Assembly: GCF_001447785.1 (NCBI RefSeq)
Contig: NW_015162475.1
Coordinates: forward strand, 744,764-808,763
DNA length: 64,000 nt
Direction of reading: 5' to 3'
Origin: Gekko japonicus
Taxonomy: Eukaryota
The notes under the pieces were generated by a model. The model saw nothing but the letters and a program-made list of their open reading frames with translations, was not told where the DNA came from and did not search any database. The translations under genes and the position numbers were made by a program. This document shows positions 50,097-64,000 of the stretch, one piece after another (the stretch's first letter is position 1; every line of letters begins with the position of its first letter).

Positions 50097-51592
50097 TATG
50101 TGAGGGAATCTGTGTTAAAGTAAATGAAATTTGTGATTGCAAGACAACTACGAGTGTAAGTGATTGTAATGTAGTACAGCAGTCTACTAGTGCCTGTTAT
50201 TTTTACTAGTGCCAGTGACCTTGTTGGAAGCCACTAAATATTCCTCCCTTCCACTGACATTGGAAATGTCTGATGCTTGGTGAGGTGGGAAGGCGAGGGT
50301 GCTTTTGGGACTCCAACATTGTTGTGGGCAGGAACTGAGGAAGCATATTAATTGTTTATTTCAGGGCTCAACAAATTGTAGTCACTAGGCTGCTGTGGTT
50401 CCTAAAGATTTAATTATAGCACTTAGTTTTAGCACTGAGTTTATTGTAGCATTTCTGTTCTCAGCAGTTCTCAGTGGAAGTAAAAAGAGTTAGATCCAAC
50501 CAGTTTTCCATTGGTGAAAAGGTGAGGCAGTCAGTCCCCTTTGATAAATAAAAGGCTACATTTGAGGTCATGGGACCTGATGAGCAAAAGCCATGTGGAA
50601 CGGGGACTGTAATTAGGAAATTATCTGAGTTAAAAAGTTCACTGGATCCAACACAAAACATATTTATCATTTTTCAACAGAATGTGGTATTGTATGAGAC
50701 AAAGTGGATGTGCATGAAGTTCTTGGTGTTGCTTGTTTATATATAAACTTAAGTTTTCAGCATTCAGTGGTAGTAGATGAATTCCTTTCTTAACCAGTTG
50801 CTTTCTGGTGAATCAGATGCAGCTTTTAAAAAGCCATAATAGAATTATGAGAAATCTGAGAGAAGTAAAACTAGGATTAGAGATTAGTTTTATTGTTATA
50901 GTGATGGCAACTCAGGTTTATCACTGTCTTTACTTAAGTACCGTAACATTTTTATCTTAGCTTTATTAAAATTACAAGAAACTATGAAGAAGTTAGGATT
51001 AGGTTTTATGGTAGCAGTTATGAGAAACATTGATGATTCAAAATACAAAGCTTTGAATGCTGAAAAACAAGTCTGACTCTGAAGTCTTTGGGCTGGCTTC
51101 TAAAGTCAAAGGAAGTTGGTCAATGCCTGATCTACACCAGTAGTTCTCAAGCTGTTCAAACTGCAAGCCACTTTTAAACTTTACCATTCTGACTCACTTC
51201 TGTACTTCCACTTTTCAGGACCCACTTACAAAGTAACTCCACATTACCCGCCCCCGCCCATAAAACTCAGAATCCCACATGTGTTAGCACTGAGCAAATG
51301 TATAGATAATTCTTCATGTTTATTGTCTATAAAAAGAAGACTGCTGAACAACAGATTATTTTTCATGGCCATTTCATATAGTATGCCCAGGAGAACCCAA
51401 ATTTGCCTTTGAGTCTCCCAGAACGATCCCTACTCTCCTTTTTCTCTTCTTATTCTGTCCGGGCCCTAAGACCTACTTGCAAGCTGCCACCCACTTTGAG
51501 AACCACGATCTTAACACAGCTGGCGAATTTTAATTCTGAGATAAATGGCAGATGCTGCCAGTCAGGTGAGTTCTGCCTTGGCAGACTGTGTG

Positions 51593-51796
51593 CAATGTTC
51601 CCTCTAAGCTGTGGAGTCTTGTGAGCAAAAATTCTACTTTGTGAGCTACTGGCATTAAAGTTGTGAACAAGTGATTTGGCTACTGCATAAGTTAGTTTGC
51701 TCTGGAGCCGTCCTTCCTGAGCTAAGATAAAAATGTGTGAGCCGGAGGCTAAAAAACTGAGCTAGCTCACACTAACTCAGCTTAGAGGGAACACTG
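51593..51796 (+). mobile_element. hAT-type MITE, family A
   Basis: Third copy, with a perfect TSD ACTGTGTG. Confidence 0.9.
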
Positions 51797-52030
51797 ACTG
51801 TGTGTAGGCACTTTGTCCCCTTCCTTGGTTGTAGGCTGCAGACAACCCTAGTGTTGGTTTGTCTTCAGTGTGGGAAGAGGCCTATACTCTGTAACTGATC
51901 CCTTCACCCTTGCAAAGTAGACATTTCAATACAACTGCATCTTTTTCTACTGTTGTGCATAATTGTGGCTCTTGTACATTATTTTACAAAAGCAATACTT
52001 TGCTTCTAATGTGGTGTTTTTTCATTGCAG

Positions 52031-53566
52031 GTAGAAGATGTATTACAACGGTGTAGAGAATACTTAATTAAAAAAATAAATGCAGAGAACTGTGTGCGAC
52101 TCTTGAGTTTTGCTGACCTTTTCAGTTGTGAAGAGTTAAAACAGAATGCTAAGAGGATGGTAGAACACAAGTTCACCGCTGTATACCATCAGGATGCTTT
52201 CATGCAGCTCTCTCATGATCTATTGATAGATATTTTGAGCAGTGACAACTTAAATGTGGAAAAGGAGGAGACAGTTCGTGAAGCTGCTATGTTGTGGCTG
52301 GAGTATAACACAGAAGCTAGATCACAGTATTTGTCGTCTGTTCTTAGCCAAATAAGAATTGATGCACTTTCTGAAGTTACCCAGAGAGCTTGGTTTCAAG
52401 GCTTGCCACCAAATGATAAGTCCGTTGTGGTTCAAGGATTGTATAAATCTATGCCTAAGTTTTTTAAGCCAAGGCTTGGAATGACTAAAGAGGAGATGAT
52501 GATCTTCATCGAAGCTGCTGCTGAAAATCCTGGTAATCTTTACTCTTCAGTATGCTACAGCCCACAGGCTGAAAAAGTTTACAAGCTCTGCAGCCCTCCT
52601 GCTGACTTGCATAAGGTTGGAACACTTGTAACTCCTGATAATGATATTTATATAGCAGGTGGGCAAATTCCACTGAAAAACACAAAAGCCAATCACAGTA
52701 AAACAAGCAAACTTCAGGTTGCCTTCCGAACTGTGAATTGCTTTTACTGGTTTGATGCCCAGCAGAACACTTGGTTTCCAAAGAGTCCAATGCTGTTTGT
52801 TCGCATAAAGCCATCCCTGGTTTGCTGTGAAGGCCACATCTATGCAATTGGAGGAGACAATGTCGGTGGAGAGCTCAACAGGAGAACTGTAGAAAGATAT
52901 GATACAGAGAGAGATGAATGGACCATGGTAAGCCCATTGCCCTGTGCATGGCAATGGAGTACAGCAGTTGCTGTTCATAATTGCATTTATGTAATGGCAC
53001 ACAATTTGATGTACTGTTACTTCCCGAGGTCAGATGCTTGGGTTGAAATGGCTATGAGACAGACTAGTAGGTGCTTTGCTTCAGCTGCTGCTTTTGGAGA
53101 TAAAATATTTTACATTGGTGGCTTGCATGTTGGCAGCAACTCTGGTATAAGACTCCCAACTAGCACTGTAGATGGGTCTTCCGTAACTGTGGAAGTCTAT
53201 GATGTGAATAAAAATGAATGGCGAACGGCAGCCAATATCCCTGCCAAGCGGTATTCTGACCCCTGCGTCAGAGCTGTTGTGATCTCCAATTCTTTATGTG
53301 TGTTCATACGAGAAACCCACATGAATGAGAGAGCCAAGTATGCCACCTACCAATATGATATGGACCTTGACCGGTGGTTCTTGCGGCAACATATTTCTGA
53401 GCGGGTGCTATGGGATCTAGGAAAAGACTTTCGATGCACTGTGGGAAAACTGTATCCATCTTGCCTTGAAGAGTCTCCATGGAAGCCTCCACCATATCTC
53501 TTTCCATCAGATGGAGCAGATGAATTTGAGCTGCACGGAGAGATGGTTACACTGCCCCCTGTATAG
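52031..53566 (+). CDS. KBTBD2: KBTBD2 coding exon 3 (BACK + Kelch repeats, stop)
   Basis: ttgcag|[25 protein letters not shown]...GG Kelch motifs...EMVTLPPV*. Spliced total is 623 aa. Confidence 0.98.
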   Translation, partial: VEDVLQRCREYLIKKINAENCVRLLSFADLFSCEELKQNAKRMVEHKFTAVYHQDAFMQLSHDLLIDILSSDNLNVEKEETVREAAMLWLEYNTEARSQYLSSVLSQIRIDALSEVTQRAWFQGLPPNDKSVVVQGLYKSMPKFFKPRLGMTKEEMMIFIEAAAENPGNLYSSVCYSPQAEKVYKLCSPPADLHKVGTLVTPDNDIYIAGGQIPLKNTKANHSKTSKLQVAFRTVNCFYWFDAQQNTWFPKSPMLFVRIKPSLVCCEGHIYAIGGDNVGGELNRRTVERYDTERDEWTMVSPLPCAWQWSTAVAVHNCIYVMAHNLMYCYFPRSDAWVEMAMRQTSRCFASAAAFGDKIFYIGGLHVGSNSGIRLPTSTVDGSSVTVEVYDVNKNEWRTAANIPAKRYSDPCVRAVVISNSLCVFIRETHMNERAKYATYQYDMDLDRWFLRQHISERVLWDLGKDFRCTVGKLYPSCLEESPWKPPPYLFPSDGADEFELHGEMVTLPPV

Positions 53567-55260
53567 CTCCCAAAACTCAGACTGCATGCCTGTAATTGAT
53601 TATCATGAACATTTGTTTGAAAGATCAGAGCTGGAAACTAAACCTGTCAAGGCTGTCTTGTTTGTATGCCCTATTTAACTTTTGTGGCCATTGAGTGTAA
53701 ATCAGTGAAATTTTCAAGCAGATATGCTTCCATAATCTAAAACAATCCCTCTGATAGCTGATGGGATCTCTGGGTTGGATCTAGCACAAAATTTATGCTT
53801 GTGCTAGGGCTCTTGTGCAAGCAGAAGTGCAAGGAAAAAAAACATGGTAGCTGCTCGTGCTGTCAAACTTATTGTATCTCTCCCCTCCCCTGTGTTTCTG
53901 CTTGTGCAAAGCCGTGTGCATCCGGTTTCTGGGTCCTATATATAAAAGCAGGAAAGTAGTAGGTGCTGTGCAGGATCTTGCGCAGATGGAACTGTGCTGT
54001 TTGTATTTCTGCTTGCGCATTGCTGGATCCAGCCTATCTATATTGCAAGCTTAAAGCATCTGCTTATTGTTTCAATGTTTAGTCCTGTGAAGACATTTAG
54101 TTCAGGAAATGTTCACAAAAGCAGCATCTGTTTTTAGGATGGTATGTCAATTGCTCTGAAAGTATCTTCCAGGTGTATATACTGAGTTCTGGAAATCTTT
54201 GTATGTGCTAGTTATAAGTAGATTCAGTGTGGCCTAATGGAATGTGCTGCACTTAATGCACAACAGCTGTGTTGGTATAATAATGCCATGTAAAAGAAGA
54301 AACAAATCCCATGGATCTACCTGTGGTAGGAAGGGTAGATCTTCCATTTTACAGTGACATGCAGGGCAAAATGACTGCAGGTTCAGTCAAGCTGTATTAT
54401 TATTATTATTAGGTGCATGTATTTTCACTAACTTATACCTGTCTATTTAGAATACAGGTCTTCCGAGCAGCTGGTAGTTTACCAGGTGTGAACTTACGTT
54501 GCTGGGCTTGCAATAAGAATTGCCAGCCCCTCCTAGTGCGGGTCTCTGTGGAGCTTTGGATCAGTAAATGACTCCACGTTCTGTATTTCAGAAACATTGG
54601 CTCATGCATATTACTTCCTGCTGCTTTATGTTCCCCCCCCATCCCACCCCCAGTGTAAACAAAGATGTAGTATGGATTAACCGAAGTCTCTTTTTGTTAA
54701 TTTAATAACAAGCATTACTGTAGTGTGACTGTGTGTAGATACCCCTTAGCCGTTGTTGTGTTTTTCTTTTGGGGAGGGGAGCAAAACTGTTCAGGAATAC
54801 TCTACCCTTCTGTGCAAAGAGAGCAGTTGACTAGTGCTGCTCTGGCATTAATCCCAGGAACCACTAGCAGTAGCGGGGCGCCACCAATATTACATGAGCA
54901 CAGGTGCTTCATGATGGATCATACTAGCATGTTCAGCTGTATCATGTTCTGGCACTGTATTTTGAATGATATTAATTTATTAAAAAAAAACCAGAATCAA
55001 AGTGTGTGTACTCTTTATATGACCCATACCATTACCTTTGAAACAGCAGTATCTGCTACGATTTTGAAGGCATTTCTGTTCACTGAATCTCTCACTCCTT
55101 CAAACCTTGCATTACTTAATAAAGTGGTGGTATTTACCGTGGCTGGCTTCAGCCATTTAGAGGCGTGCGAACAACAGGAAGGGAAAGTGAGTGTCACATG
55201 GTTCTTCCTCGTGCTTCTGTATATTAGCTAAAATAAAACTTGCCATTTCCCCACTCTGGT
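53567..55260 (+). other. KBTBD2: KBTBD2 3' UTR
   Basis: AATAAA at 55118-55123 and 55232-55237. Confidence 0.6.
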
Positions 55261-55508
55261 GAGATGTATAGTCTGTCTCCAAATTGGGTAGATGCAAAAG
55301 GTCTATTCTATAGAAAAGGAGAACCATTAGCTACTTGTGCTTCCTGCTGTTTCTGCTTCTTTTAATTTTGAGGCTCTCATTGAAGCTATGATTCCAGAGG
55401 AGTATCAGTTGTGTTAGTTTGCTTAAGCAAAAACTGTCTTGTGGCACCTTAAGGATATCCACATACATTGTGAAATGAACTGTTGTGGACTAGAGCCACC
55501 CTTGTAAG

Positions 55509-55866
55509 CAGGGGTCATTTCCTGCAGGGAGCGCACAGGAGTAGAGCTCAGGCAGTAAGGAGCCCAGGGGGCGGGCATATGCAACAAGCCCCCCCCCTGC
55601 TCCCAGCAGCCCTCAGTCAGGCCACGAGGAGCAAGAAGCAGCCAGGTAAGTTGCAGAGCCCCCCCCCCCCCGCCTGCCTTCAGATACACGCTCTCTCTCC
55701 TTTGTAAGGGCAGATCTGCACGTCCCCCCTCCCCCCCAATAGCTAGCAATCTAAAGCAGTCCAGTGGAGCCTGAGTGGTGGGTGTTGCCTTCTGACACAC
55801 TGATGTCAGGGGGTGTGGCATATGCTAATGACCTCCTGCACCTCTTTTTCTACAAAATGACCCCTG
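55509..55866 (+). mobile_element. hAT-type MITE, family B
   Basis: TIRs caggggtcattt / aaatgacccctg, TSD cttgtaag / gttgtaag. Confidence 0.85.
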
Positions 55867-57200
55867 GTTGTAAGTGAAAAAAAGAAGTGAATTATGAGAT
55901 CTCTTTATGGGTACCCCTTTCCTGAGATGTGCAGTTGGAGGAAGGTATGAATAATTTCAGAAGCTGTCTTGTTCAGACTACAACTGTTTTTTAAATACCA
56001 CCCTGTCATTGAAAACGTCTAGCTAATAGCGTATTGCTGCTGTGATCTTCATTGTGTGTGTTTTTTGTTCCTGCAGTAACAAGGCTTTCACTGAGGGGAG
56101 GGAGAAGATGATGGGTTGGATCCAGCCAGCTTTTTCAAACAGTCCATCCAGTTCTCTTTCTTACTGCAGCTCCCATCCCACTTGGATTTCGTACATGAAA
56201 ATCCCTTGATATATCTCTGCATAGCCTATATAGGTCATCAGAGACTGTGCTCCCTTCCTTCCTTTCCCTGTCAGCAGATGAGTTGATTGGATCCAGTACA
56301 TTTGTATAGGAGATTCTGATGATTTAAGCCTATTTTTGAATTCCAGGCAAACAGCTGAAATACAAGTTTCACTCTCTAATATCTTTCAGCCTGCTATTCT
56401 GTCAATGGATGCACGTACCTGCTTTGCTCAGCATTTTTCTCAATTTTAAAATATTCGATTTGCAATTTGCTTTAACTTTACAGGATAGAAAAAATTAATT
56501 TATTGTCCTTGATCCTTCAGGAATAACTTGCTCATCCAACAGGAGGGAAGAGAATCTCTTACATGCGGCTAAACTATGACCATAATGCCTTGGAACAAGA
56601 TCTGACTGCTGTATTAATGTTAGAGAAAGTAAAACCTTTTTGAACTTGTATAATTGTTAAGATAACACACATAACAAAAATGTGAATGTGTTTGAAGATT
56701 CTTTTTCTGTGAGGTCATAGTATAAGTGAAGCAGATTATTGAAACAGGAAGACCTTTTTGTGTGTATAAACTTGAAGCGACTGCATAGGCGTCACTATAT
56801 GAGAAGAAAGTTTCAATGCTGGCTATTAGTTTTGGTGGTTGGTGTTTAGAAAATGGACTAATGCAGCCTCCCACAGGTGAGTATGCTGCCCTTATTTTGT
56901 AGATTAACACTGACTGTTAGCAGTACACATAGAGTAGTAAGGAAAGTTGGGCAATGAAAGTATATTTTTAGGACTAGCTTCTGATAAACGTATTAACAGA
57001 GGCAATGTTTTTGTGAAGGCAGACTAGTGGTGATTTTAACAAAAGGTTCAATACTGCCCTTTGAAGATTAATTTGACACTTGTGTTATACTTGATTTTTA
57101 AGTAGAGAACTTAAGGAATGCACAAAGATAAATATAAATGAAGAGACTCAAATGATTTTGGTTGAAAGGTTTCCCTTCAACAGTAGTCAAAGGTCTACTT

Positions 57201-60200
57201 CAGGGGTCCCCAACCTTCTGGCACATGGGGGCCACATTAGAGTACCCAATGCCTGAAGAGGGCCCCATCTTAAATCAAAACGTAACAAAATTAACCTACC
57301 TATTTAGATCAAAAGTAAACATTCAGAGGTCAATGAAGAAATGTTAACCGGAACACAATCCATTTTGGAGCAATACTTTACTGTGGAACCCCTTTTATGT
57401 TGCTACACATGTTTACCTAGTCAATGTGATTTTTGTGGCTGTTTTCTGTTAGTCAAGGCATTAACGTCCAAGTCATGGCTTGTGAAAGACACCCTTAAAA
57501 TGTCATGTAAATGTTCATCTGTAAGTCCTGACCTACACTTGGATTTCCCAATTTTCACTTTGGAAGAAGTTTGTTCACGGATTTATGTTGTGCCAAAGAC
57601 CATGAACATGCCTGCAGCAAATTTCTTTAGGTTGATAAGTGTATCACGTAGAGCAGAATAGAAATCTAACAGACTATTTTCTTTGTAAATGGCTCTGAGA
57701 TTATCACTGGCTTGCAAGTCAATTAGTTCTATCTGAAAAAAGTTACTTGCATCTTCTAGTGCTACTTCAAATGGATTCTGAAACATTATTTCCTTCCCAT
57801 GCTTATGGCAATCAATGAATCTGTTAATAGTTTCAGTTCTTTGATGTGTTTTTCAACACTGAATTATAAATTATTGTCCTCCTCAAATTTTAGTCCATTG
57901 CAGCATGAGACGTTTGAAAAGTTACCTTCACTAACTTGCTTCACAAAATTTTTAAATTTTGCTTCTTTCAATTCAGACTACATGTCACACACAAGCTTTC
58001 CTTTTCCCTGCAAACTTAGATGCAATGTGTTCAGATGCTCTGTGATATCATTCAAGAAAGCCAAAATAAGAATCCATCCAGGGTAAGAAAGTACTTCTTG
58101 ACCTTTTCCTTTCTCCTTGAGAAAGACATCAACTTCTTGATGAAAACTGAAAAAACATTGAGGACTTTGTTTCTGCTAAGCTATCTGACTTCTCCACGGT
58201 ACAACACGTCTCCATATTCTGCATTTATCTCTGACAGAAAAATTTGAAACCGTCGATGAGTAAGGCCATGATGCCTGATGTAATTAATGCTAGATACAAC
58301 AATGTGCATCATACCTTCCCACTGAGGAATCTTACTACACGAGGCTTGCTGGTGGATGATGAAGTGAAATTGCATGGGTAGTGTACTGCTTAATTTCAGT
58401 ATCTCTTCTTTGCTTTTTCATCTACACCAGTTGTGATACTTTTCAATTTATCCCAACTCAGACTTTGAAAAACGTTTTCTGCAGTTGTAATGCCTTTCAA
58501 ATTCTGCAATGCACACAACTCTTCTGTAATTCTGAAGTTGGAATCTATTCCCCTGATAAAAATTAATATTTGAGCAGTGTCTATAATGTCATTGCTCACA
58601 TCTAATGCAAAAAAAATATGTTTTGCCTTTACAATCAGACATGCAGCTCTTCTAGTTTTCCAACAGGCCTGGTGATTGTAGATGCAGATAAGTTATCTTG
58701 CGTTGTGTCAGTTTATCAGGGCACATCTTTCATTTAACCATGTACTTTTTAACACATTTGCCATCAGTGAATGGTCTACCACTCTCAGCAGTACATTTAG
58801 CAACATGATAGCTGGCTCTCACAGTAGACAAGTTCTCAATGTACTTTCTAAAAGTATTTTGCTGCAAAAACATTGATTTTCTAGAAACTATCTTGTTCAC
58901 TCGCATCTCTCCTTGATATATTGAGTAGCTCTTGTGTGAAAGCATTAAAAGTGCCTTTTAACACTGTACTCCTTTAATCCTGAGACAGCTTCAAGACATA
59001 CCAAGGCAAACTGCTTTATGCTTGTTTAAAATAAAGTACACGGTAGTATGCTTGTCATTAAAGATACAGTGCTCATCTGCAATTTTTTGTTTCTTTGAAA
59101 CAGCACTTTTGCAGACACCTTGCAGAATTTTTAGTGAAGAAGCAGTTGTAGAATTTCAGTATAATCCTTGAATAAATAAAAATATGAAAAGTATAGCTTT
59201 AGAGGCTCCCCTTTCCCATCAGATCCACTCCACTCTAGCTGCTATTAGCTGAGGAGTTTCATTTTGACCATGGGAAAGAAGAGACTCCTGTCTCCCTGTC
59301 TACTACAGTTCTCAGGAGTATTGGGCCATATGCACAGGCTATGAAGAATTTTTAAAAAAATGGATTAGGACCCTGACCTACCAGGTGGCAGAGCTGCAAT
59401 CCTAAGTACATTGAATACTATGAGATTTATTTCATAATAAACACACTGCCTTGAGGTTTAAATCAACACATGCTAATACTTCAAAAATCGGGGCCCCTCC
59501 AAAATATGAGGAGTGAAATGAAAGGTCAGCCTTCCACCTGGAGCAGAGGATGTGCTATTAAGTTGGCTTCAAATTATATGCAGGGTGCACATACACATCA
59601 ACTACCTGCCACCCAAACTTCAATTATGAGAAGCAAAATGGCAGCGGGGGGGGGGGGGGATGGCTGGAGGAAGATGTGGGAAGGGGAATCCCATAAGCTT
59701 CCCTGCTAAGAGAGTCCTCCTTCCCTCTCAGCTCAAGGGGCCACTCAGTGTCTCCTGTGATTTCAGATGCATGAGAAGACTCCTAGCTGGAGTGGGCAGG
59801 GGAGGGGAGGCAAAAGCAAGCAAGGCAAGAAGTCAGAGCAACCAGCTCTTGTTGAGGAAGGAAGAATGCTTTTGCCTGCAGCAGCAACCTCACCAGTAAC
59901 CTGTACCCATTCACACAGCTGCTTTATTTTCCTTACACACACACATAGCATTCAACATGGGAGTGCATGGAGAATGGGAGTGAAAAAGCTGAGTGGTACG
60001 GGTCGGGCACCTAAGCTTTGCCTGCTGGCAAAGCACCCAGAATAGCCAAAATGTTGGTATGGAGGAATTAGAGCAAGAGGGGGCTGACAGAAGGAACCAT
60101 GGAGAACAGAAGAAACAATGCTGCTATTGTGTTTTCTGCAAGAAAGGGACAGGAAGAACAGCAGTAGATGGTGTCTCTCAAGACTGGAAGGACAGTGTGG

Positions 60201-60294
60201 TTTTGAGGGAAAATGCCTTGAGGTGATAACAGCAAACAAGCAGGTTGGAGGGCCACACAGAAAGAACTTGGGGGCCGCAGGCTGGGGACCCCTG
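57201..60294 (-). mobile_element. Full-length degenerate hAT (Charlie/GTF2IRD2-like) DNA transposon
   Basis: TIRs caggggtccccaacc / ggctggggacccctg and a perfect 8-bp TSD GTCTACTT. Broken transposase on -: DTAQILIFIRGID..ITEEL, FHFIIHQQASC, GLTHRRFQIFLSEINAEYGDVLY, QIELIDLQ, MVFGTT. Confidence 0.93.
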
Positions 60295-60599
60295 GTCTAC
60301 TTAGTTTTCCTATTTTAAAAAGCTGTCAGTGTACAGATATTGCACCTATCTCTTATCTCCATCACTAGAAGCTAGTGTTATGCCACTGGTGAAGGAAAGC
60401 CTGAATTTACTATACCAGTTTGGTGTGAGCGAGAGCCAGGCTGGAACTTTCTTCTAATTCACTGGTTCAGTTGTACCTAGCAGTGAGGTTGCTAACATGA
60501 AGCCTGTTCCTGACTACACCCCAAGAAGAATTCCCATGCCACATCCAGCTCGTACTTCTTCCAAGAAATACTTATTCAGTGCCTGGTAACGTATTCAAG

Positions 60600-63500
60600 C
60601 AAAACAAGAACAATCTCTTTTATTTTCTTTATAACAAAATATACAGCAGCATTCGTAGTCTTTTGGGATACAGTAACTTCTTTGCACATTAACAGTAGAC
60701 GGGGTACTTAATCTGACCAACCCAGCAGGCTGGTGGCAGCAAAGATCAGACAGGAGTAACTTTTATCACATTATGCTAAAAATAACCCATGCTTGGAAAT
60801 TAGCCTTGTATTGTGTCTCCTAAATCTGGTAAGAAAATAGAAATTGGTCAGTCTCACATAAACGGGAGAAGAGATTTCACGTCTCTATTGTATTAAGGTA
60901 CATATTGTTGAATGCTAGATTTTAAAACGTTTGAGTCTCTGTTTCTCTGCGCATGATGTAAATATATCTTTTACAGAAAGCATGCACAGCACTTGATATT
61001 TTGTAACAGCCCGATCCTAAACATTAGTTAGGATGAGAAGTTTGACTTATCCCTCTAAGGGCTATAAGCACTGTGCTGGCATTCTGTGCAGTGCGTTGCA
61101 TCCTGACCACTTGCTTGTGGAGCAAGACCTCTGCACAATTAGGCTTATAACGCAATCTTTTTTTGGGGGGGGGGAGGGTGGTGTTTAATGCATTTGCTGT
61201 GAGAGATTCATTTACACAGATCCCGGCCTGTACTGCTTTCTACATGCAGAGCATGTAGAGCAGGCTGCATATAATCTGTGTTCCCCTCGGCATGATCTGT
61301 CCTAGTAGGCTTAGATGCACATGCTGATGTATAGTAATAGGTGTTAATATTCAGTATTTATACAGTGCTGAAGTGCCTGATGCAATCTCTAATCATATCT
61401 TGGATCACACACCTTTTTGGGGAGGTAGGGGTATATGAAAATTATTATACAGAACCTACATGCTAACCTGCTCCATAAACTGGTCCTTGAAAAATGTCAC
61501 TAAAAGTACAATCAGGATGGGATTATATTAGCTCTAGAAAGTTCCCTTAATGAAACAGTAACTGAACAAGATTAGAAGCACAAGAACATTCCTCATGCTG
61601 TTTTGTAGGTTCCTAACTCAGTGAAGATGAGAACCATCTTCATTTGAGAGACATCAGACAGAGCTTCATGTAATTCTTCTGAGAGTGAAACTTTGGTTAT
61701 AATAAAAAAATGTTTTTAGTAAGAGCTTTGGACAAATGTCTCAACTGCTTGTGGCCCAAATAGGAAGTAATAAATGGTGGGAACACCAACAGTTTCATAT
61801 AAAATGAGATTATATGCTGTTTCACAAATCCATTAAAGTGGGGCTTACAAGTGTGTTCAGTGTATATTAGCTGTGTTGGAAGTGCTTAACTACTGTTGTA
61901 CACACAGCAATACGAACAAGCTTTTCCACTTAATCAGAAGGAATGCTATATTTCCTGTCTAAACATTTTTTCCTAAACTGCATTGACACATAATCATACA
62001 ATTAAATACTGCCCAATTTTTGTGCTGAAACAACAGGTGTAATTGTTTAAATAGAGTGAAATACTGAACTTTTATTCCAAGATAGTAGTTACTATAATTG
62101 CATATACAATATTTATAATTATCACTTTAAAAATTCAATGATGATATTAACCTTTGATTCCATCTTATGCTTAAGGAGTTTGCAGCCTAATCTTTCTAAA
62201 ATACAGCTGTATGAAAGGTGGACAGGGTGGAAGGTGACACGTGATGCTACAAGCTCCGGTTTACCCAGCCATGGCATGCCCACTTCTTTCTGAAATTTCA
62301 GTAAAGGGGTCCTAGCTGCTGTGCTGTAGAACCTCAGGGACAAAATATACTAGGTAAGCCAGGTAGCACTTGTACTGTGAGACCTGAACCATGGGGTAGA
62401 GGCTCGTTCGAGTAGTTTATACTGTTAGCACCTTTGAAGTTTTTATGCACTTGAAAAATACAAGATGTTTCAAGTGTCAGCAGGTTTTTTGGGGGAAAGG
62501 CCCGAAATTACCAATTATAGTCAAAACTCTTTGCATGAAAGCTATTTAAAATGCAGAGGGAAAATCTTTGTGACCTGTGCGGTCTTGTATCCGTAACAAG
62601 TGAACGAGTACACACTCATGTATGAAGGCTGCATACATGTTTTTGCCATGTGTATATGGCAGTGTGCTACAACTTACTCCTATTTTCTGATTTGTACAAA
62701 ATAGACAATGGGTTATAGCTCATCATGTGGTATAAGAAAATTGCATAAAGTTATCTTGACTCCATCTATAAAAGTCATCTCGTAATATACCCACCAACTC
62801 CTAAAAGTAGGATTTTGAAGAACTGGCAGAAACCCAGAGCTGGAATAGTTTTCTGTCATTAGCAGGCCCACATTGTTTTATCAGTACTATATGAATTTCA
62901 AGAGGAAACCCAAAAATGGTTGTGCCAAACAGATACAGACCTTTTTGCACATTTGGCCCACTGAAGTTTTGGAAGGGAGGTTAGCCAAGGAAAGAATGTG
63001 AATGTTTCAGTTGCAATTTTTATTTTTTAAGAAAGGGACAGGTGCACAGCCTTGGAGCTCTATATTCTCTTTGGATAAATCTCCATCATGCTGTAATCAT
63101 GCCATGTCTGTCCCAGACTGAATTAATTCAGCACACAGGTGTGATCTTGCATATGCTTCTGTCTGCAGCTAGTCCACATTGAACTAAAGAATTCTATAGC
63201 AGCTAGGAACAGGAAGCAGCAGTATTTCTGACTCTCCCCTGCAGAGCCTAACTTTACTAGAGAGGTAGGTACTTATTATTCACTGGTGAAAGGTTCTCAA
63301 CACCTACTGGAGAAACACCGCAGGAGGGGAAAAGAACATAAAATTAAACTGTTTCCCCAGTTATCAGACAAAGGAGCTAAGATCATATATACACATCCTT
63401 AACAGAATGGCGACTTTTGAGCAAAAGTAGTTTCTCCAAGAACCAGCTCCTAGAAATGAAGTACAGGCACTCTTAGAACATCAGAGCTATGTATTTCAGC

Positions 63501-64000
63501 CAGCTTTTTAGACCATTCTAAATTAAAACTCTTAAACGGTGGGGAAAAGCATTACTGGCTGTGCATGGGTGTATGGAACTATGTTCCACTGAAATGGAAT
63601 GAACTCATTTCTCTGTATAGGATCGGGAGTGGAGGGGGTTTAAGCTTGCTGTTGGAATGCTAGCTTTGCAGGCAAGTTCTCTGTTCCAGCCTGAAATATG
63701 ATTCACCTGATGCAAAAAAGAAAAAAGCAGGAGTCTAGAGAGATGGATTTTAAAATATAGCAAGATTTACATAAAACATCTTCACCATCCACAGAACAGC
63801 ATACACTGGAAAACAGAGCCTGTCCTACATGACGGCTTGTTTGCTACTGTCTCTACGAAGGCTCAGATTTAAACACAAAGAGGCATTAAATGCAGATGAT
63901 GTCCTGTGAAAGAGCTTGAAAGGCCATTCTTCGTCTTCATGATGCTTCAAACCATCTCTATGGGTTTGTTTAGCAAAGCTATCTGTGTTCTTTTACAAAA
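60600..64000 (-). other. Probable 3' UTR of a convergent gene (AVL9 expected from recalled synteny)
   Basis: AT-rich, TE-poor 3.4 kb with AATAAA on - at 60619-60624. No coding exon is visible in the window. Confidence 0.35.

Noticed and set aside
57420-59120. Domesticated transposase gene (GTF2IRD2/ZBED-like)
   Set aside because: Many stops and frameshifts, and TIRs and TSD are still present, so it is a decayed transposon.

Overview
Vertebrate genomic DNA, almost certainly squamate and probably a gecko, judged from Sauria SINEs, a 5S-Sauria SINE and squamate-type MITE families. There are no prokaryotic features. Gene order: (1) RP9 on + (1060-8625, 6 exons), with damaged exon 1/2 splice sites and substitutions at normally conserved residues, so possibly a decaying copy. 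(2) An apparently intact Bucky ball / Velo1 (Xvelo) ortholog on - (25849->16102), reconstructed here from 5 coding exons as a 772-aa protein. The ORF track shows only its large middle exon. This Balbiani-body/germ-plasm organiser is the most interesting element in the window. (3) KBTBD2 on + (CpG island ~35 kb, CDS 46586-53566, 623 aa) with a uORF-dense 5' leader. (4) A probable 3' UTR of a convergent gene at the right end. The intervening DNA is rich in TEs: a nested CR1/LINE/SINE/MITE stack, an ORF1-only L1-like element, a degenerate full-length hAT transposon, a non-autonomous Helitron, and many MITEs with intact TSDs. All homology calls are from recognition of the protein or repeat sequence, not from database searches.
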